From: an uncultured Candidatus Saccharibacteria bacterium
GTDB lineage: Bacteria > Patescibacteriota > Minisyncoccia > Phycocordibacterales > PALSA-1337
Assembly: GCA_964412585.1 (NCBI GenBank)
Contig: CAYPPJ010000003.1
Location: forward strand, 12,027 to 76,026
DNA length: 64,000 nucleotides
Reading direction: 5' to 3'
This document shows, piece after piece, positions 31,001-37,896 of this stretch. The position numbers and the translations under genes are program-made. The notes under the pieces were generated by a model, which was not told the origin of the DNA, ran no database searches, and saw only the letters and a program-made list of their open reading frames with translations. The first letter of the stretch is position 1. Every line of letters starts with the position of its first letter.

Positions 31001-34000
31001 CGCAACTGGAGGATCATCACCAATCACTATTACCGGTCTCACCAACGGCCAGGCATATACATTCACCGTGACTGCCACGAATGCAAATGGAACGAGTATT
31101 TCTTCGGCTACAAGTAATGCGGTAACTCCAGCAACCGTTCCCGATGCTCCAACTGGCGTCTCTGCCGTACGCGGAAATGGGGAAGCTACAATTACCTTCA
31201 GTGCGCCAGGAAATAATGGAGGCTCATCGATTTTATACTATACCGTCACTTCAAACATCGGAGGATTCGTCGCATATGGTGGTTCCTCACCTATCACTAT
31301 TACAGGTCTTATTAACGGTCAGGCGTACACATTTACCGTAACCGCGACAAATAGTGCGGGAACAAGTTCGCCTTCTTCAACGTCAAATTCAGTAACGCCT
31401 GCAACAGTTCCAAATGCACCAACAGGCATCAGTGCTACGAGTGGAAATGGCCAGGCTACAGTCACCTTTACTCCACCTGCTGATAATGGCGGCGATACCA
31501 TTTCATATTACACAGTTACTTCTAACATTGGAGGATTTGTCGCTTATGGTGGGGCGTCACCGATCGTCGTTACTGGACTTTCAAATGGCGTCCCGTATAC
31601 GTTCACCGTCACAGCAACGAATAGTGTTGGAACAAGTACGCTATCGGCAACAAGTAATTCAGTAGTTCCTGCTACAGTTCCAGATGCTCCGACTATCGGT
31701 ACTGCAACAGCAGGAAATGGACAGGTTACTATTACATTCAGTGCGCCAGGTGATAACGGCGGCTCGGCGATTACGTATTACACCGTCACTTCAAACGTCG
31801 GCGGATTTACTACTTATGGCGCTTCGTCTCCTCTCATTGTGACGGGGCTTACGAATGGTCAGGCATACACATTTACCGTGACTGCGACAAATGCGGTCGG
31901 AACAAGTACAGCTTCGAGCGCGACGAGTGCGGTAACGCCTGCCACAGTTCCTGATGCTCCGACTGGCGTCTCTGCTGTTCGTGGAAATGGTCAAGCAACA
32001 ATTACATTCAGCGCTCCTTCATCAAATGGTGGATCAGCAATCACGTACTACACCGTTACTTCAAACGTTGGCGGACTCACGACATACGGCGCATCGTCTC
32101 CACTTGTTGTGACGGGACTTACGAATGGCCAGGCATATACATTCACCGTGACAGCAACGAATGCGTTTGGAACAAGTACTGTATCAGTTGCAAGCAATTC
32201 TATTTCTCCTGCAACTGTTCCTGATGCTCCAGTTATTGGTACCGCAACCGCAGGAAATGGGGAAGCAACAATTACATTCACTCCAGGATCAAGTGACGGA
32301 TATTCATCGGTCTTGTACTACACCGTTTCTTCAAATACTGGCGGATTTGTGGTCTATGGAGGAGCTTCTCCAATCGTGGTGACCGGTCTCTCAAATGGTA
32401 CAACGTATAACTTTACGGTTACCGCGACAAATGCAGTTGGCACAAGTACTGCTTCGAGCGCAACCAATTCGGTCACGCCAGTTACTGTCCCTGGGGCGCC
32501 AACATCGGTGAGTGCGGTTGGAGGTAATGGTCAGGCAACCATCACATTCACGCCTCCAGTTTCAAATGGTGGATCAGCAATTACTACATACACTGTGTCA
32601 TCAAACGTTGGTGGATTTACCGCAACAGGAGGGGCTTCGCCGATTGTTGTCACCGGACTCACAAATGGTACGACATATACATTCACCGTGACTGCAAGTA
32701 ATGCATTTGGGACCAGTACGGCTTCTGCAACGACAAACTCAGTTGTTCCTGCGACAGTTCCGAGCGCTCCAACCATTGGCACGGCAACAGCAGGAAACGG
32801 CCAGGCAACGATCACGTTCACTCCACCAGCAGACAATGGCGGCTCTTCGATCATTCGCTACACAGTTTCGTCTGATGTAGGCGGCTTCACCGCAACGGGA
32901 GGTTCGTCACCAATCGTTATTACCGGCCTTTCAAATGGAACGACCTACACATTTACCGTGACTGCGACTAATGCGGTTGGAACCAGTACTTCATCGGGAA
33001 CAACCAATTCAGTAACGCCAGCAACTATTCCTGGTGCTCCAACTATTGGAACCGCAACCGCAGGGAATGGTCAGGCAACTGTAACATTTAGTGCACCGGT
33101 TTCAGACGGGGGTTCAGCAATTCAATATTATACAGTTTCATCAAACACAGGAGGGTTCGTGGTGTATAGTGGTTCGTCACCAGTCATCATGACAGGCCTC
33201 TCAAATGGTACCTCGTATAACTTTACCGTGACCGCTACAAACGCAATTGGTACAAGTACCGCTTCTGCAACAACAAACTCAGTAACCCCGGCTACAGTTC
33301 CAGACGCGCCAACTATCGGCACAGCAACTCGTGGTAACGGGGAAGCAACGATTACATTTACTCCTCCAGTTTCTAACGGTGGTTCTGCAATCACGACATA
33401 TACAGTCACTTCAAATACGGGTATCACCGCGACGGGCGGTTCATCACCGATCGTAGTGACGGGCCTCACTAACGGCGTTGCCTACACATTTACCGTTACT
33501 GCAACAAATGCGATCGGTACGAGCACTGCATCAGCTTCAACAAATTCCGTTACGCCAGCAGAAGTTCCTGGAGCTCCGACTATTGGTACAGCAACTCGTG
33601 GCAATGGCCAGGCAACTATTACCTTCAGCGCACCTGGTGTTAGTGGAGGTTCTGCAATCTTGTATTACACCGTGACATCGAATACTGGTCTTAGTGCAAC
33701 TGGGGGATCTTCACCAATCACGATTACTGGTCTAACAAATGGTGTTGCGTATACCTTTACGGTGACCGCTACAAACGCAATTGGTACAAGTACCGCGTCT
33801 GCTACAACAAACTCAGTAACCCCAGCTACAGTTCCAGATGCACCAACTATCAGTACGGCAACTCGCGGTAACGGGGAAGCAACGATTACCTTCAACGCAC
33901 CAGGAGATAATGGTGGTTCGCCTATTTCATATTACACGGTCACCTCAAACGTCGGCGGATTTGTCGCATATGGCGGTTCTTCACCGATCACGATCACTGG

Positions 34001-35807
34001 CCTCACTAATGGTCAGGCATACACATTCACTGTGACTGCTACAAATGCGGTTGGCACAAGTACAGCTTCGAGCGCAACCAATTCGGTCACGCCAGCAACT
34101 ATTCCTGGTGCTCCAACTATTGGAACCGCAACCGCAGGGAATGGTCAGGCAACAATCACCTTTAGTGCACCAGTTTCAAATGGTGGTTCAGCGATCACTA
34201 TATACACTGTCACTTCAAATACGGGTATCACCGCGACAGGCGGTTCATCACCAATCACTGTTACTGGCCTCACTAATGGTCAGGCATACACATTCACCGT
34301 GACTGCATCGAACGCGCTCGGCACAAGTACCGCATCAGTAGCAAGTAATTCAGTTACTCCCGCAACCGTTCCTGACGCGCCAACAAATGTCGCGGCTTCT
34401 ATCGGCGATACATCTGCCGGCGTTACCTTCTCAGTCCCAGCAAATAACGGTTCGGCGATTACGTACTACACGGTGACATCTAATATTGGCGGTCACTCAA
34501 CAACAACTACGTCAACATCCGCCGTTGTTACCGGACTTACTAACGGCGTCACCTATACATTCACCGTGACAGCAACGAACGCGATTGGTACAAGCACTTC
34601 ATCGGGCACAAGTAATGGTATAACCCCTGCAACTGTTCCGAGTGCTCCGCTTAACCTCGCGGCGACGGTTCAAGATAGCAGTATCGATCTCTCATGGACT
34701 GCGCCAGCCTCGAACGGAGGATCAGCTCTTACGGATTATGTTATTGAGTATAAACTCTCAAGCGGTGGTAGCTGGTCAGTATTCTCGGATGGCATCAGTA
34801 CTACGCCTGCCGCTACGGTAACGAGTTTGTCGAACGATAATTCATATGACTTTAGGATATATGCAAAAAATGTTATTGGAACGGGCGTCGCTTCTTCGAT
34901 AGTCAGTGCGACACCCGGAGCTCCTGCGCAGGTCTTGATTCAGAGCTTCTCAAATTTGCTGACGCCGACGATCTCAACAAACGTACGTATTACTAACGAA
35001 GGTTCTATTGCATATGAATATCAGTACACCTGGTGTGTGACGGATTCGGCACTCAACCAGTGTGGTGGTGGCGATGACGTGTTCAGTTCAACTGCGGCAA
35101 AGCTCATTCAGCCGGGAGAGAATTTTGACACCGCACTCAACTCGACGGTTTCGGTTGCAGGCAATTACTACTTCCACATTAATGTACAGTTCGGTTCAGA
35201 TTCATCGAGCGCAAACCAATCTTTCACTGCGACTACAGCCGGGGCAACCGTTCCTGATGCACCTACTATTGGAACCGCAACCGCAGGGAATGGTCAGGCA
35301 ACAATCACTTTTAGTGCCCCGGGGAGTAATGGTGGTTCCGCAATCTTGTATTACACCGTAAGCTCGAACGTTGGAGGATTTATCTCATATACAGCTGGTT
35401 CGCCGGTGACTATAACGGGCCTCACCAATGGTACGGCGTACTCCTTCTCAGTGACTGCAACAAATGCGATCGGAACGAGTTCGGCATCTGCCTCAAGCAA
35501 CACGGTCACGCCAGCCACACCGGCAGCACCAAGTGGCGGCGGAGGTGGTGGAGGAGGCGGGGGTGGCGCTGGAGCTTCTGCGCCTGCAGCACCTGCTACA
35601 TCAGGTGTCATTGTCGGCGCGGATCTAAATGGTGATGGTAAAGTAAATTCAGTTGATTTTTCTATCATGCTCGCATTTTGGAAGACTGCCGCTCCATTCA
35701 AAAATCCTGGTGTAGATATAAACCATGATGGACATGTCAATTCAATTGATTTCTCGATTTTGCTTTATCAGTGGGGTAAAAAACCTATCTTTATTAAACA
35801 ACCATAA
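19020..35807 (+). CDS. Giant (5595 aa) secreted surface protein / adhesin: Pro/Thr stalk, GLUG-like repeats with Gly-rich inserts, 16 FN3 domains, C-terminal dockerin
   Basis: Uninterrupted ORF with signal peptide ending ALA; YWVGGSGNWSD domain; GLUG-type caps (YKLNNDINAS...F.PVG...FTGIFDGNNYTISNL; KTTTQMKQQATFTSWDF); FN3 repeats; DLNGDGKVNSVDF / DINHDGHVNSIDF. Confidence 0.9.
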   Translation: MNLRGSAQKLSVLLIVMIMFCGFVSTALADEADAPAPAADTSAPAVTAPAPEAPVTPAPEATPTPEVVPPTEPVVQPEPQPQPETPTADNQPPVTPVSDTVASTTAPVVVVLTGDVATSTNPVVGESVATSTDSLVVEPMATSTEVVASSTVPTSSASSTITEHASGGGSISTTTTPTVATTTGTTATSTNYYNFTYSTVWTITEGILETSTSTTATSTQATSTSVSATTTPTTVLASSTPETVVATSSLPTITEQLTDTGKVVVVSSTPEQELISPMINVPVRTEIPEIFRVGQESQIKITWSNNDNQQMEFVTYDDDGDGFIDHVSWVVPHLSTQTFEIILISNALRLDANKNTLEDIFAGVGTLDQNYISILDGQYVRVTFERMLSNTNDITLYARPTDANVPATIEVYTKDGVLVGTFATIDHDGRYRIVLSGLASSTDVFDLKVIGNVDIDYVTDPPANAYWVGGSGNWSDAANHWATVSGGAPGAGNLPDATTNVFFDATSGGAAVTATIDSSISIGSLTINGFTGTIVQSANLTITNSGGQSGNYLQSSAATFTATDPGTNTFSVTGSFLLNAGTFRRYTGIGNSSDPFIVFDVYGLQGMKTGLSSSYKLNNDINASVTSGWNSGAGFAPVGDSTTNFTGIFDGNNYTISNLFISTTTLSYVGLFGYSTNIIQDVTLTGVSIAATSTSGTAGSTGANGSDGSATSNGTAGGAGTAGSTLYLGGIVGYNTGTITNVGVNGTIIGTGGAGGAGGNGGNGGNITSGSNAGGAGGNAVSNAAATGGIAYVGGVVGYSQQGSITTATSSATVTGVGGAGGASGNAGNGGNGSVAGVGTGAGGAGGAAALPGAGNIAYVGGLIGWIQTGTVSSSFATGNVTARGGAGGNAGTSGTGGNAGVGGGGSALGGIGGAGAAGGAGGVAYAGGIAGNNSGTIRNGSYATSDVLASGGIPGNGSAGSASGASAAGSVIAAASSATATGGAGGAGAIAYAGGLVGQNNTPGFITGIVSPVYATGAVTAIGSTGKNGTAGGAGGSAGLTTSGTGGVGGAAGNGGAGGAAYAGGLIGISMGSLLTTNSSVGLVTVLGGAGGIGGTGGAGGAKGSAGTSGAGGASGSGGSAAVVASYAGGLIGSNVGTIRNSYSTNAVNGTAGAGGAGGVGVAAQTGLAGLGGGTGGAAGILYIGGVAGNSTLSITDSYHTTGAINGTAGAGGAAGAGGAGGAWTGGTQGAAGTAIIGGVVYAGGVVGNNTGTSLLNVYSTVDVTGTSGAGGAGANGGNGYTNTTGVAGVAGSVGLTGGTAYVGGVVGYMTNGEISNAYSTGTITAQGGVGGVGGNGGNGGAGTSNTGGAGGAGATGGAGGPAFGGGVAGIIILGTVSGSYNTGNIIVDAGDGGTAGNGGSGGVGGTNFAGGTGTVAGNGGAGGVAAAGGIAGQSAGVIQATSYSTGNVTALAGAAQVGGVGGNGGASVGTFVGAGAVGGAGGAGGAGATAYAAGIVGNNTNTIQNSYASGVILATASAGANGGAAGLGGSNATGGSSSTGAAGANGGAGGAGAVAYAGGIAGLSTAIIANTYIESGSATVIGSAGGIGATGGAGGTAGTGALGAIGGTGGAGGAGAVGYAGGLVAFNTGGTINNSHAFILASSTSGTSGVGGTGGAGGYGSTGGTGGIGVVGAASYAGGAVGLNTGVINGTYATGNAMATGGAGSANGGGGNGGNSSTSAGGAGGAAGAATTNLGGVAYAGGLVGLNGTNGSIQGASHASGNATSTGGAGGNGLTGGSGGTSTGAFTGGLGIAGGPGLSGGVAAAGGLVGFNSGAVASDSYAGGNAYANGGLGGSGGNGGNGGASGGGVVGVAGVGGGVGLTGGAAYAGGVIGNDSVLGTTISIPNTTGTVASLGGTGGNGGNGGNGGNGGSVSGGNGGAGGAAGAGGNGGLAASGGILGLNVGVIHDVTYTITSITASGGVAGTGGTGGNAGASGNVAAGAGANGGQGGAGGVGGAAYIGGLAGDNSGVIVDSVVTGSLTAAGRNGGDGGIGGTGGNGSLGTGGHAGGIGGAGGNGSSGGAVYIGGLVGQGNGNIQKSRAIGGTITVTSGGNGGTGGAGTAGGSGGSGSGKNGVGGGGGTGGVVGPVYAGGAIGYSSLVSVLIDTVSSSNNVTVTSGNGGTGGAGVAGVNGAAGSAGGGGGGGGAAGGLAVYAGGLEGYNSGAAQNISNSFATGNVTVYGGNGGTGQVGGAGAAAISAVVGGAGAAGGIGGAGGFAVAGGLVGFTNTLVAIASSSATGNVTVVAGNGGNAGNGGAGALGGAGQVGGAGGAGGAAGLGGASYAGGLIGLVTSGDIVNSSSTGIVQGTSGNGGNSGNGGSGGAGGSGVTGTIGTAGTLGANGGVNYTGGLVGDNTSAILNSYHVGGAVSATSGNGGNGGAGGDGGASGSITNGTAVAGGAGAAGGVGGAISVGGLVGRNGVTAVSATITGSYATTSVTAVGGNGGNGGAGGLGGNGSSGTNHIGGAGGAGGAGGAAATGVGTAIQIGGLVGQNVLGTITASYAQTGIASSTGGNGGTAALGGTGGIGTGTAVYGAGGAGAAGGAGGAIYAGGLVGYTTGVVEAGSYSKTSLVLTGGSGANGSAGISASANTGAAGSVPGGGGASGVIYAGGLAGYSTSDVISSYASYDAGSGRGNITVNGGTPGNGGNAGNGGSGLAAGGVGGAGGLGTAGTGGNASGAFVGGLVGFSSGIVTSSYADTLTISGIEQPGGTGGNGGSGGAGVGANNGGTGSVGGAGGAGGVRAYGGLVGDFLSTLGTVQGFSYSSVNISVTGGNGGNGGMGGTGGTSGASQSSGTAAIAGVGGAGGAGGATYGGGLIGRISGTTQVMRVSNSNATGNISVTSGNGGNGGQGGVGGNGSTGSGTHAGATGALGGVAGVGGEAGAGGLIGMSSLTSGSIDFIALNATGNASALGGNGGIQGTSGAGGASASGAAGAAGGGAVLTPPAGGAAYAGGLIGIHRVTLAPSGSGVINSYATGVVSAQGGIGAFGNTGGNGGTGGTIGGAGGAGGASGIGGEADAGGLVGLTSAGTGAIHYLNNYSTTGTTTATGGASGNGGSAGSSMSGGTGAGGSTGASGASAAGGAAFAGGLIAQTSATASSNLQITTNYSTKNVVAIGGASGNGADGVIGGAGGTSAIGGVGGAGGVSGAGGAAYAGGLIGTNGSSAGAGGGIIENVSYATGDVTSTSGNVGTAGNAGAGGASNSGTATTGASGGTAGTTGAGGAAYAGGLVAINGATGVILNSYAGGNVTSLARNGGMGGTGGAGGDASLSTGTGGSGVIGGAAGAGGDSYAGGLIGYNLSALNTITTSYSTSPTVTGTSGNGGQGGTGGNGGAPGIAAAGGAAGAGAAAGGGGTLYVGGLIGRNDGTVQAYSYSTANVTGIAGTGGTGGVGGNGADGAVGTSGAGGNGGVGGAATAGGAGGIAYGGAFVGRNETTRVIKDSYALGTLTLSGGAGGVGGVGGNGGNGGNGASAGTGGTGGNAGASGAGTVGGVKYGGGFAGYNLGTITSVYSVGTVSVTGAAGGAAGNGGNAGNGGNGGASGAGGTGGNQGATSNAGNGGVLHAGGLIGYNFTAGVISNSWTAGSVTTFGGVGGAAGVRGTSGTGGNGGTLAGGNGGTSVAGSAGGAGGASIAGGLIGSNINTGSFNNSYASTTVTMTGGDGAMGGTGGAGGNGGAGGSGGSGDGGTGRVGTIGGAGGTGGAVTGGGLVGDNTGAITNAYALGNITATAGSPASGGTGGNGGNGGTAGGGSAGTNGNGANGGAGGAGASAYVGGLLGSHATSLVTNAYSVGTPSATKTSGVAGGAGGVKGTGGTGGSNGSTGSTGASSALQYAGGIVGNPVSGTWASSYWNTTTSGKTDGAGNATTPTNTSGKTTTQMKQQATFTSWDFSILPIWKIAEASTYPYFDYQVAPDAPTTVVAVGGNGQATITFTPPANTGGGQILYYTVTSDVGGFTATGGSSPITITGLTNGQAYTFTVTATNANGTSISSATSNAVTPATVPDAPTGVSAVRGNGEATITFSAPGNNGGSSILYYTVTSNIGGFVAYGGSSPITITGLINGQAYTFTVTATNSAGTSSPSSTSNSVTPATVPNAPTGISATSGNGQATVTFTPPADNGGDTISYYTVTSNIGGFVAYGGASPIVVTGLSNGVPYTFTVTATNSVGTSTLSATSNSVVPATVPDAPTIGTATAGNGQVTITFSAPGDNGGSAITYYTVTSNVGGFTTYGASSPLIVTGLTNGQAYTFTVTATNAVGTSTASSATSAVTPATVPDAPTGVSAVRGNGQATITFSAPSSNGGSAITYYTVTSNVGGLTTYGASSPLVVTGLTNGQAYTFTVTATNAFGTSTVSVASNSISPATVPDAPVIGTATAGNGEATITFTPGSSDGYSSVLYYTVSSNTGGFVVYGGASPIVVTGLSNGTTYNFTVTATNAVGTSTASSATNSVTPVTVPGAPTSVSAVGGNGQATITFTPPVSNGGSAITTYTVSSNVGGFTATGGASPIVVTGLTNGTTYTFTVTASNAFGTSTASATTNSVVPATVPSAPTIGTATAGNGQATITFTPPADNGGSSIIRYTVSSDVGGFTATGGSSPIVITGLSNGTTYTFTVTATNAVGTSTSSGTTNSVTPATIPGAPTIGTATAGNGQATVTFSAPVSDGGSAIQYYTVSSNTGGFVVYSGSSPVIMTGLSNGTSYNFTVTATNAIGTSTASATTNSVTPATVPDAPTIGTATRGNGEATITFTPPVSNGGSAITTYTVTSNTGITATGGSSPIVVTGLTNGVAYTFTVTATNAIGTSTASASTNSVTPAEVPGAPTIGTATRGNGQATITFSAPGVSGGSAILYYTVTSNTGLSATGGSSPITITGLTNGVAYTFTVTATNAIGTSTASATTNSVTPATVPDAPTISTATRGNGEATITFNAPGDNGGSPISYYTVTSNVGGFVAYGGSSPITITGLTNGQAYTFTVTATNAVGTSTASSATNSVTPATIPGAPTIGTATAGNGQATITFSAPVSNGGSAITIYTVTSNTGITATGGSSPITVTGLTNGQAYTFTVTASNALGTSTASVASNSVTPATVPDAPTNVAASIGDTSAGVTFSVPANNGSAITYYTVTSNIGGHSTTTTSTSAVVTGLTNGVTYTFTVTATNAIGTSTSSGTSNGITPATVPSAPLNLAATVQDSSIDLSWTAPASNGGSALTDYVIEYKLSSGGSWSVFSDGISTTPAATVTSLSNDNSYDFRIYAKNVIGTGVASSIVSATPGAPAQVLIQSFSNLLTPTISTNVRITNEGSIAYEYQYTWCVTDSALNQCGGGDDVFSSTAAKLIQPGENFDTALNSTVSVAGNYYFHINVQFGSDSSSANQSFTATTAGATVPDAPTIGTATAGNGQATITFSAPGSNGGSAILYYTVSSNVGGFISYTAGSPVTITGLTNGTAYSFSVTATNAIGTSSASASSNTVTPATPAAPSGGGGGGGGGGGAGASAPAAPATSGVIVGADLNGDGKVNSVDFSIMLAFWKTAAPFKNPGVDINHDGHVNSIDFSILLYQWGKKPIFIKQP
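21190..30660 (+). repeat. About 49 tandem GLUG-like + (GGX)n units of roughly 65 aa
   Basis: Manual count of Y-x-G-G-[LIV]-[VIA]-G motifs, each followed by I..SY.TG.V and a GGAGG/GGNGG tract. Confidence 0.8.
30863..35520 (+). repeat. FN3 tandem array (15 consecutive units of ~270 bp plus one after an intervening domain)
   Basis: TVPDAPT...GNGQATITF...GGS.I.YYTVTS...GLTNG..YTFTVTATN..GTS repeats. Confidence 0.9.
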
Positions 35808-35809
35808 AT

Positions 35810-36424
35810 ATGTTTAAAATATCTTTACAACATTGGGTAATTGGCGTGCTAACGCTTGGGGTGACATGCATGCCACTTAGTATGCATGCAGCAGAATTGA
35901 AGTTTAACGTAGTGCCCGTGAGTGGAGTCGCTGACTCGGTAACACGCGTTGATGTCCGCATTGACCCGCAGTCAAAGAGGTTGAACGTCGTCGAGGGTGT
36001 TATCCAGTTTGGTGGCCCCGCCTCTGACAACCTCACCGTTCAGGTTGAAAATGGTCAGTCAATGTTACCCATGTGGCCGACACCTCCGCAGTATGATCCG
36101 AGGACAAAATCAATCCGGTTTACCGGGGGAGTGCCCAATGGTTTTGAATCAGAAGGGTTGTTGTTCAGGTTGCTGATTTCCTCGACCGTGACAGGTGATT
36201 TTACGATGTCATATACCGAGGGAAGTGCATATATAAATGACGGAAAGGGAACAAAGGAGCCAATGAAGGCGACGCCACTCACCATTCAGGCTGGTGTATC
36301 TGGTTCGACGGACAATTCTTCTAGGTCGAGCACCTACACCTATGGTATTATTATCGTATTGATTATTGTTGTGTGTGCAGGAATTTTTATCTATGGCCTT
36401 AGACATAAAGAGAAGCAATTATAG
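35810..36424 (+). CDS. Cohesin-like domain protein with C-terminal membrane anchor (short type)
   Basis: Signal peptide; LNVVEG.I, SMLPMWPTPP, FTGGVPNGF and YINDGKGT motifs; C-terminal TM helix. Confidence 0.75.
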   Translation: MFKISLQHWVIGVLTLGVTCMPLSMHAAELKFNVVPVSGVADSVTRVDVRIDPQSKRLNVVEGVIQFGGPASDNLTVQVENGQSMLPMWPTPPQYDPRTKSIRFTGGVPNGFESEGLLFRLLISSTVTGDFTMSYTEGSAYINDGKGTKEPMKATPLTIQAGVSGSTDNSSRSSTYTYGIIIVLIIVVCAGIFIYGLRHKEKQL

Positions 36425-37886
36425 AACATACTACGCAATCATTCTTGCGGTTGGTATGTTTTTTTTCGGCACAGCGCACATCCATGCCGCCACCTTGCAG
36501 GTCAGTCCAAGTGCAACGACGGTATCGCCTGGAGGTATTTTGACTCTGTCGGTTTCGTTGAATTCTGAAGGCGTTGCCATCAACAATGCCGAAGCAAAAA
36601 TTATATTTCCCGCAGATATGCTGGAGGTTGTTTCAATAAACAAGAGTAGTTCATTGTTCACGTTGTGGGTGGAAGAACCATCGTATTCAAATTCGACTGG
36701 CATCATTGCCTTTAATGGTGGCATCCCCACGCCAGGATTCAACGGTCCATATGGCACAGCATTATCTATTGTGGTGAAAGCAAAAAAGGCGGGGCAGGCA
36801 GATATTCTTATCTCGGATGCTGCTGTTCGGGCCAATGATGGTCTGGGTACCAATGTGCTCACGGGCATAAAAGGTGCCACACTCCGTGTTGTGGCAAAGG
36901 CGGAACAACCTGCGGATGAAATTCAAACACCTGCCCCCTCATCTTCGGTTGCTTCTCTTGTCATAACTTCACCAACTCATCCTTCTCAGGAATCGTGGTA
37001 TAAGGATGCGAGTCCGCTCTTTAGGTGGAAAATTCCTGCTGGTGTAGATGCGGTCCAGACAAGTATAGACGCGACGACCTCAGGGTTACCACGGGTTACG
37101 TATAGTCCAGCTATTTCAGAAAAGTCCGTTACTGACTTGAAAGATGGTATTTGGTATTTCAAAGTTCGTGCCCGCAAGGATGGGCAGTGGAGTCCGGTCA
37201 GTACCTATATTGCCCGCATAGATAGTGTGGCTCCAAAAAACAATAGCGTAGCGTTCAATTACGACGATCGAGCAAAAGTGCTGCATATTAATGCTGATAT
37301 CATAGATGAAACATCAGGTGTTGATTATTACGAACTGTATCTCAACGATACTCTTGCAAAGAAGGTTCCTGCAGCAGAATTTGTAAAGGGATCTTATGAT
37401 CTCCCAATATCAACTTCTGGGGATGTTGCCGTAAAGTTAGTTGCAGTTGATCGTGCGGGTAATAATGTAGACGCTCTTGGAACATTCCATGCGACTCCGA
37501 TAATAAATGATTCACCGCAGTCGGTTCAGCCGGTCGCATCGACGGACAAACAGATGCTTGTCACTATCGGCTCGTTTGCTATGCCGGTCTTGTATTTCGT
37601 CGTTCTTCTCATCTCAATCGTACTATTGCTCGTTCTTGGTGCATTCAAGCTGGGAAATCATTACAGCTCCTTCTATCACAAAGTAAGGACGAGAGCTGCA
37701 TTGGGTAAAGCGGATAATATAAAAGTACTCATTTCTCTGAAGAAACGCCTTGAAAGGCATCTAGAATTGTTGCAGCGCACTCGACATGAACGCGTGCTTT
37801 CAAAGGAAGAAAAAGATATCAAACAAGCAATAGAGGGTGATTTGGACGAAGTCGATCAGGCTATAGAAGATCAAAAAGGGGAGTAA
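36393..37886 (+). CDS. Cohesin-like + Ig-like membrane protein with acidic cytoplasmic tail (long type)
   Basis: INNAEAKI.FP.DMLEV, SLFTLWVEEPSYSN, VRANDGLGT, THPSQESWY and DGIWYFKV motifs; TM helix; paralog of 4468-5901. Confidence 0.8.
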   Translation: MALDIKRSNYRTYYAIILAVGMFFFGTAHIHAATLQVSPSATTVSPGGILTLSVSLNSEGVAINNAEAKIIFPADMLEVVSINKSSSLFTLWVEEPSYSNSTGIIAFNGGIPTPGFNGPYGTALSIVVKAKKAGQADILISDAAVRANDGLGTNVLTGIKGATLRVVAKAEQPADEIQTPAPSSSVASLVITSPTHPSQESWYKDASPLFRWKIPAGVDAVQTSIDATTSGLPRVTYSPAISEKSVTDLKDGIWYFKVRARKDGQWSPVSTYIARIDSVAPKNNSVAFNYDDRAKVLHINADIIDETSGVDYYELYLNDTLAKKVPAAEFVKGSYDLPISTSGDVAVKLVAVDRAGNNVDALGTFHATPIINDSPQSVQPVASTDKQMLVTIGSFAMPVLYFVVLLISIVLLLVLGAFKLGNHYSSFYHKVRTRAALGKADNIKVLISLKKRLERHLELLQRTRHERVLSKEEKDIKQAIEGDLDEVDQAIEDQKGE

Positions 37887-37896
37887 TATCTGAGTA

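Noticed and set aside
30863-35520. CRISPR array or DGR template/variable repeat in the ~270-bp repeats
   Set aside because: The repeats are in-frame FN3 domains differing mainly at synonymous sites; no spacers, cas genes or reverse transcriptase are in the window.
19020-35807. Calling the giant protein a mycobacterial PE_PGRS or a collagen
   Set aside because: There is no PE domain, it has a Sec-type signal peptide, the repeats are GGX rather than Pro-rich GXY, and they are interleaved with GLUG-like strands.
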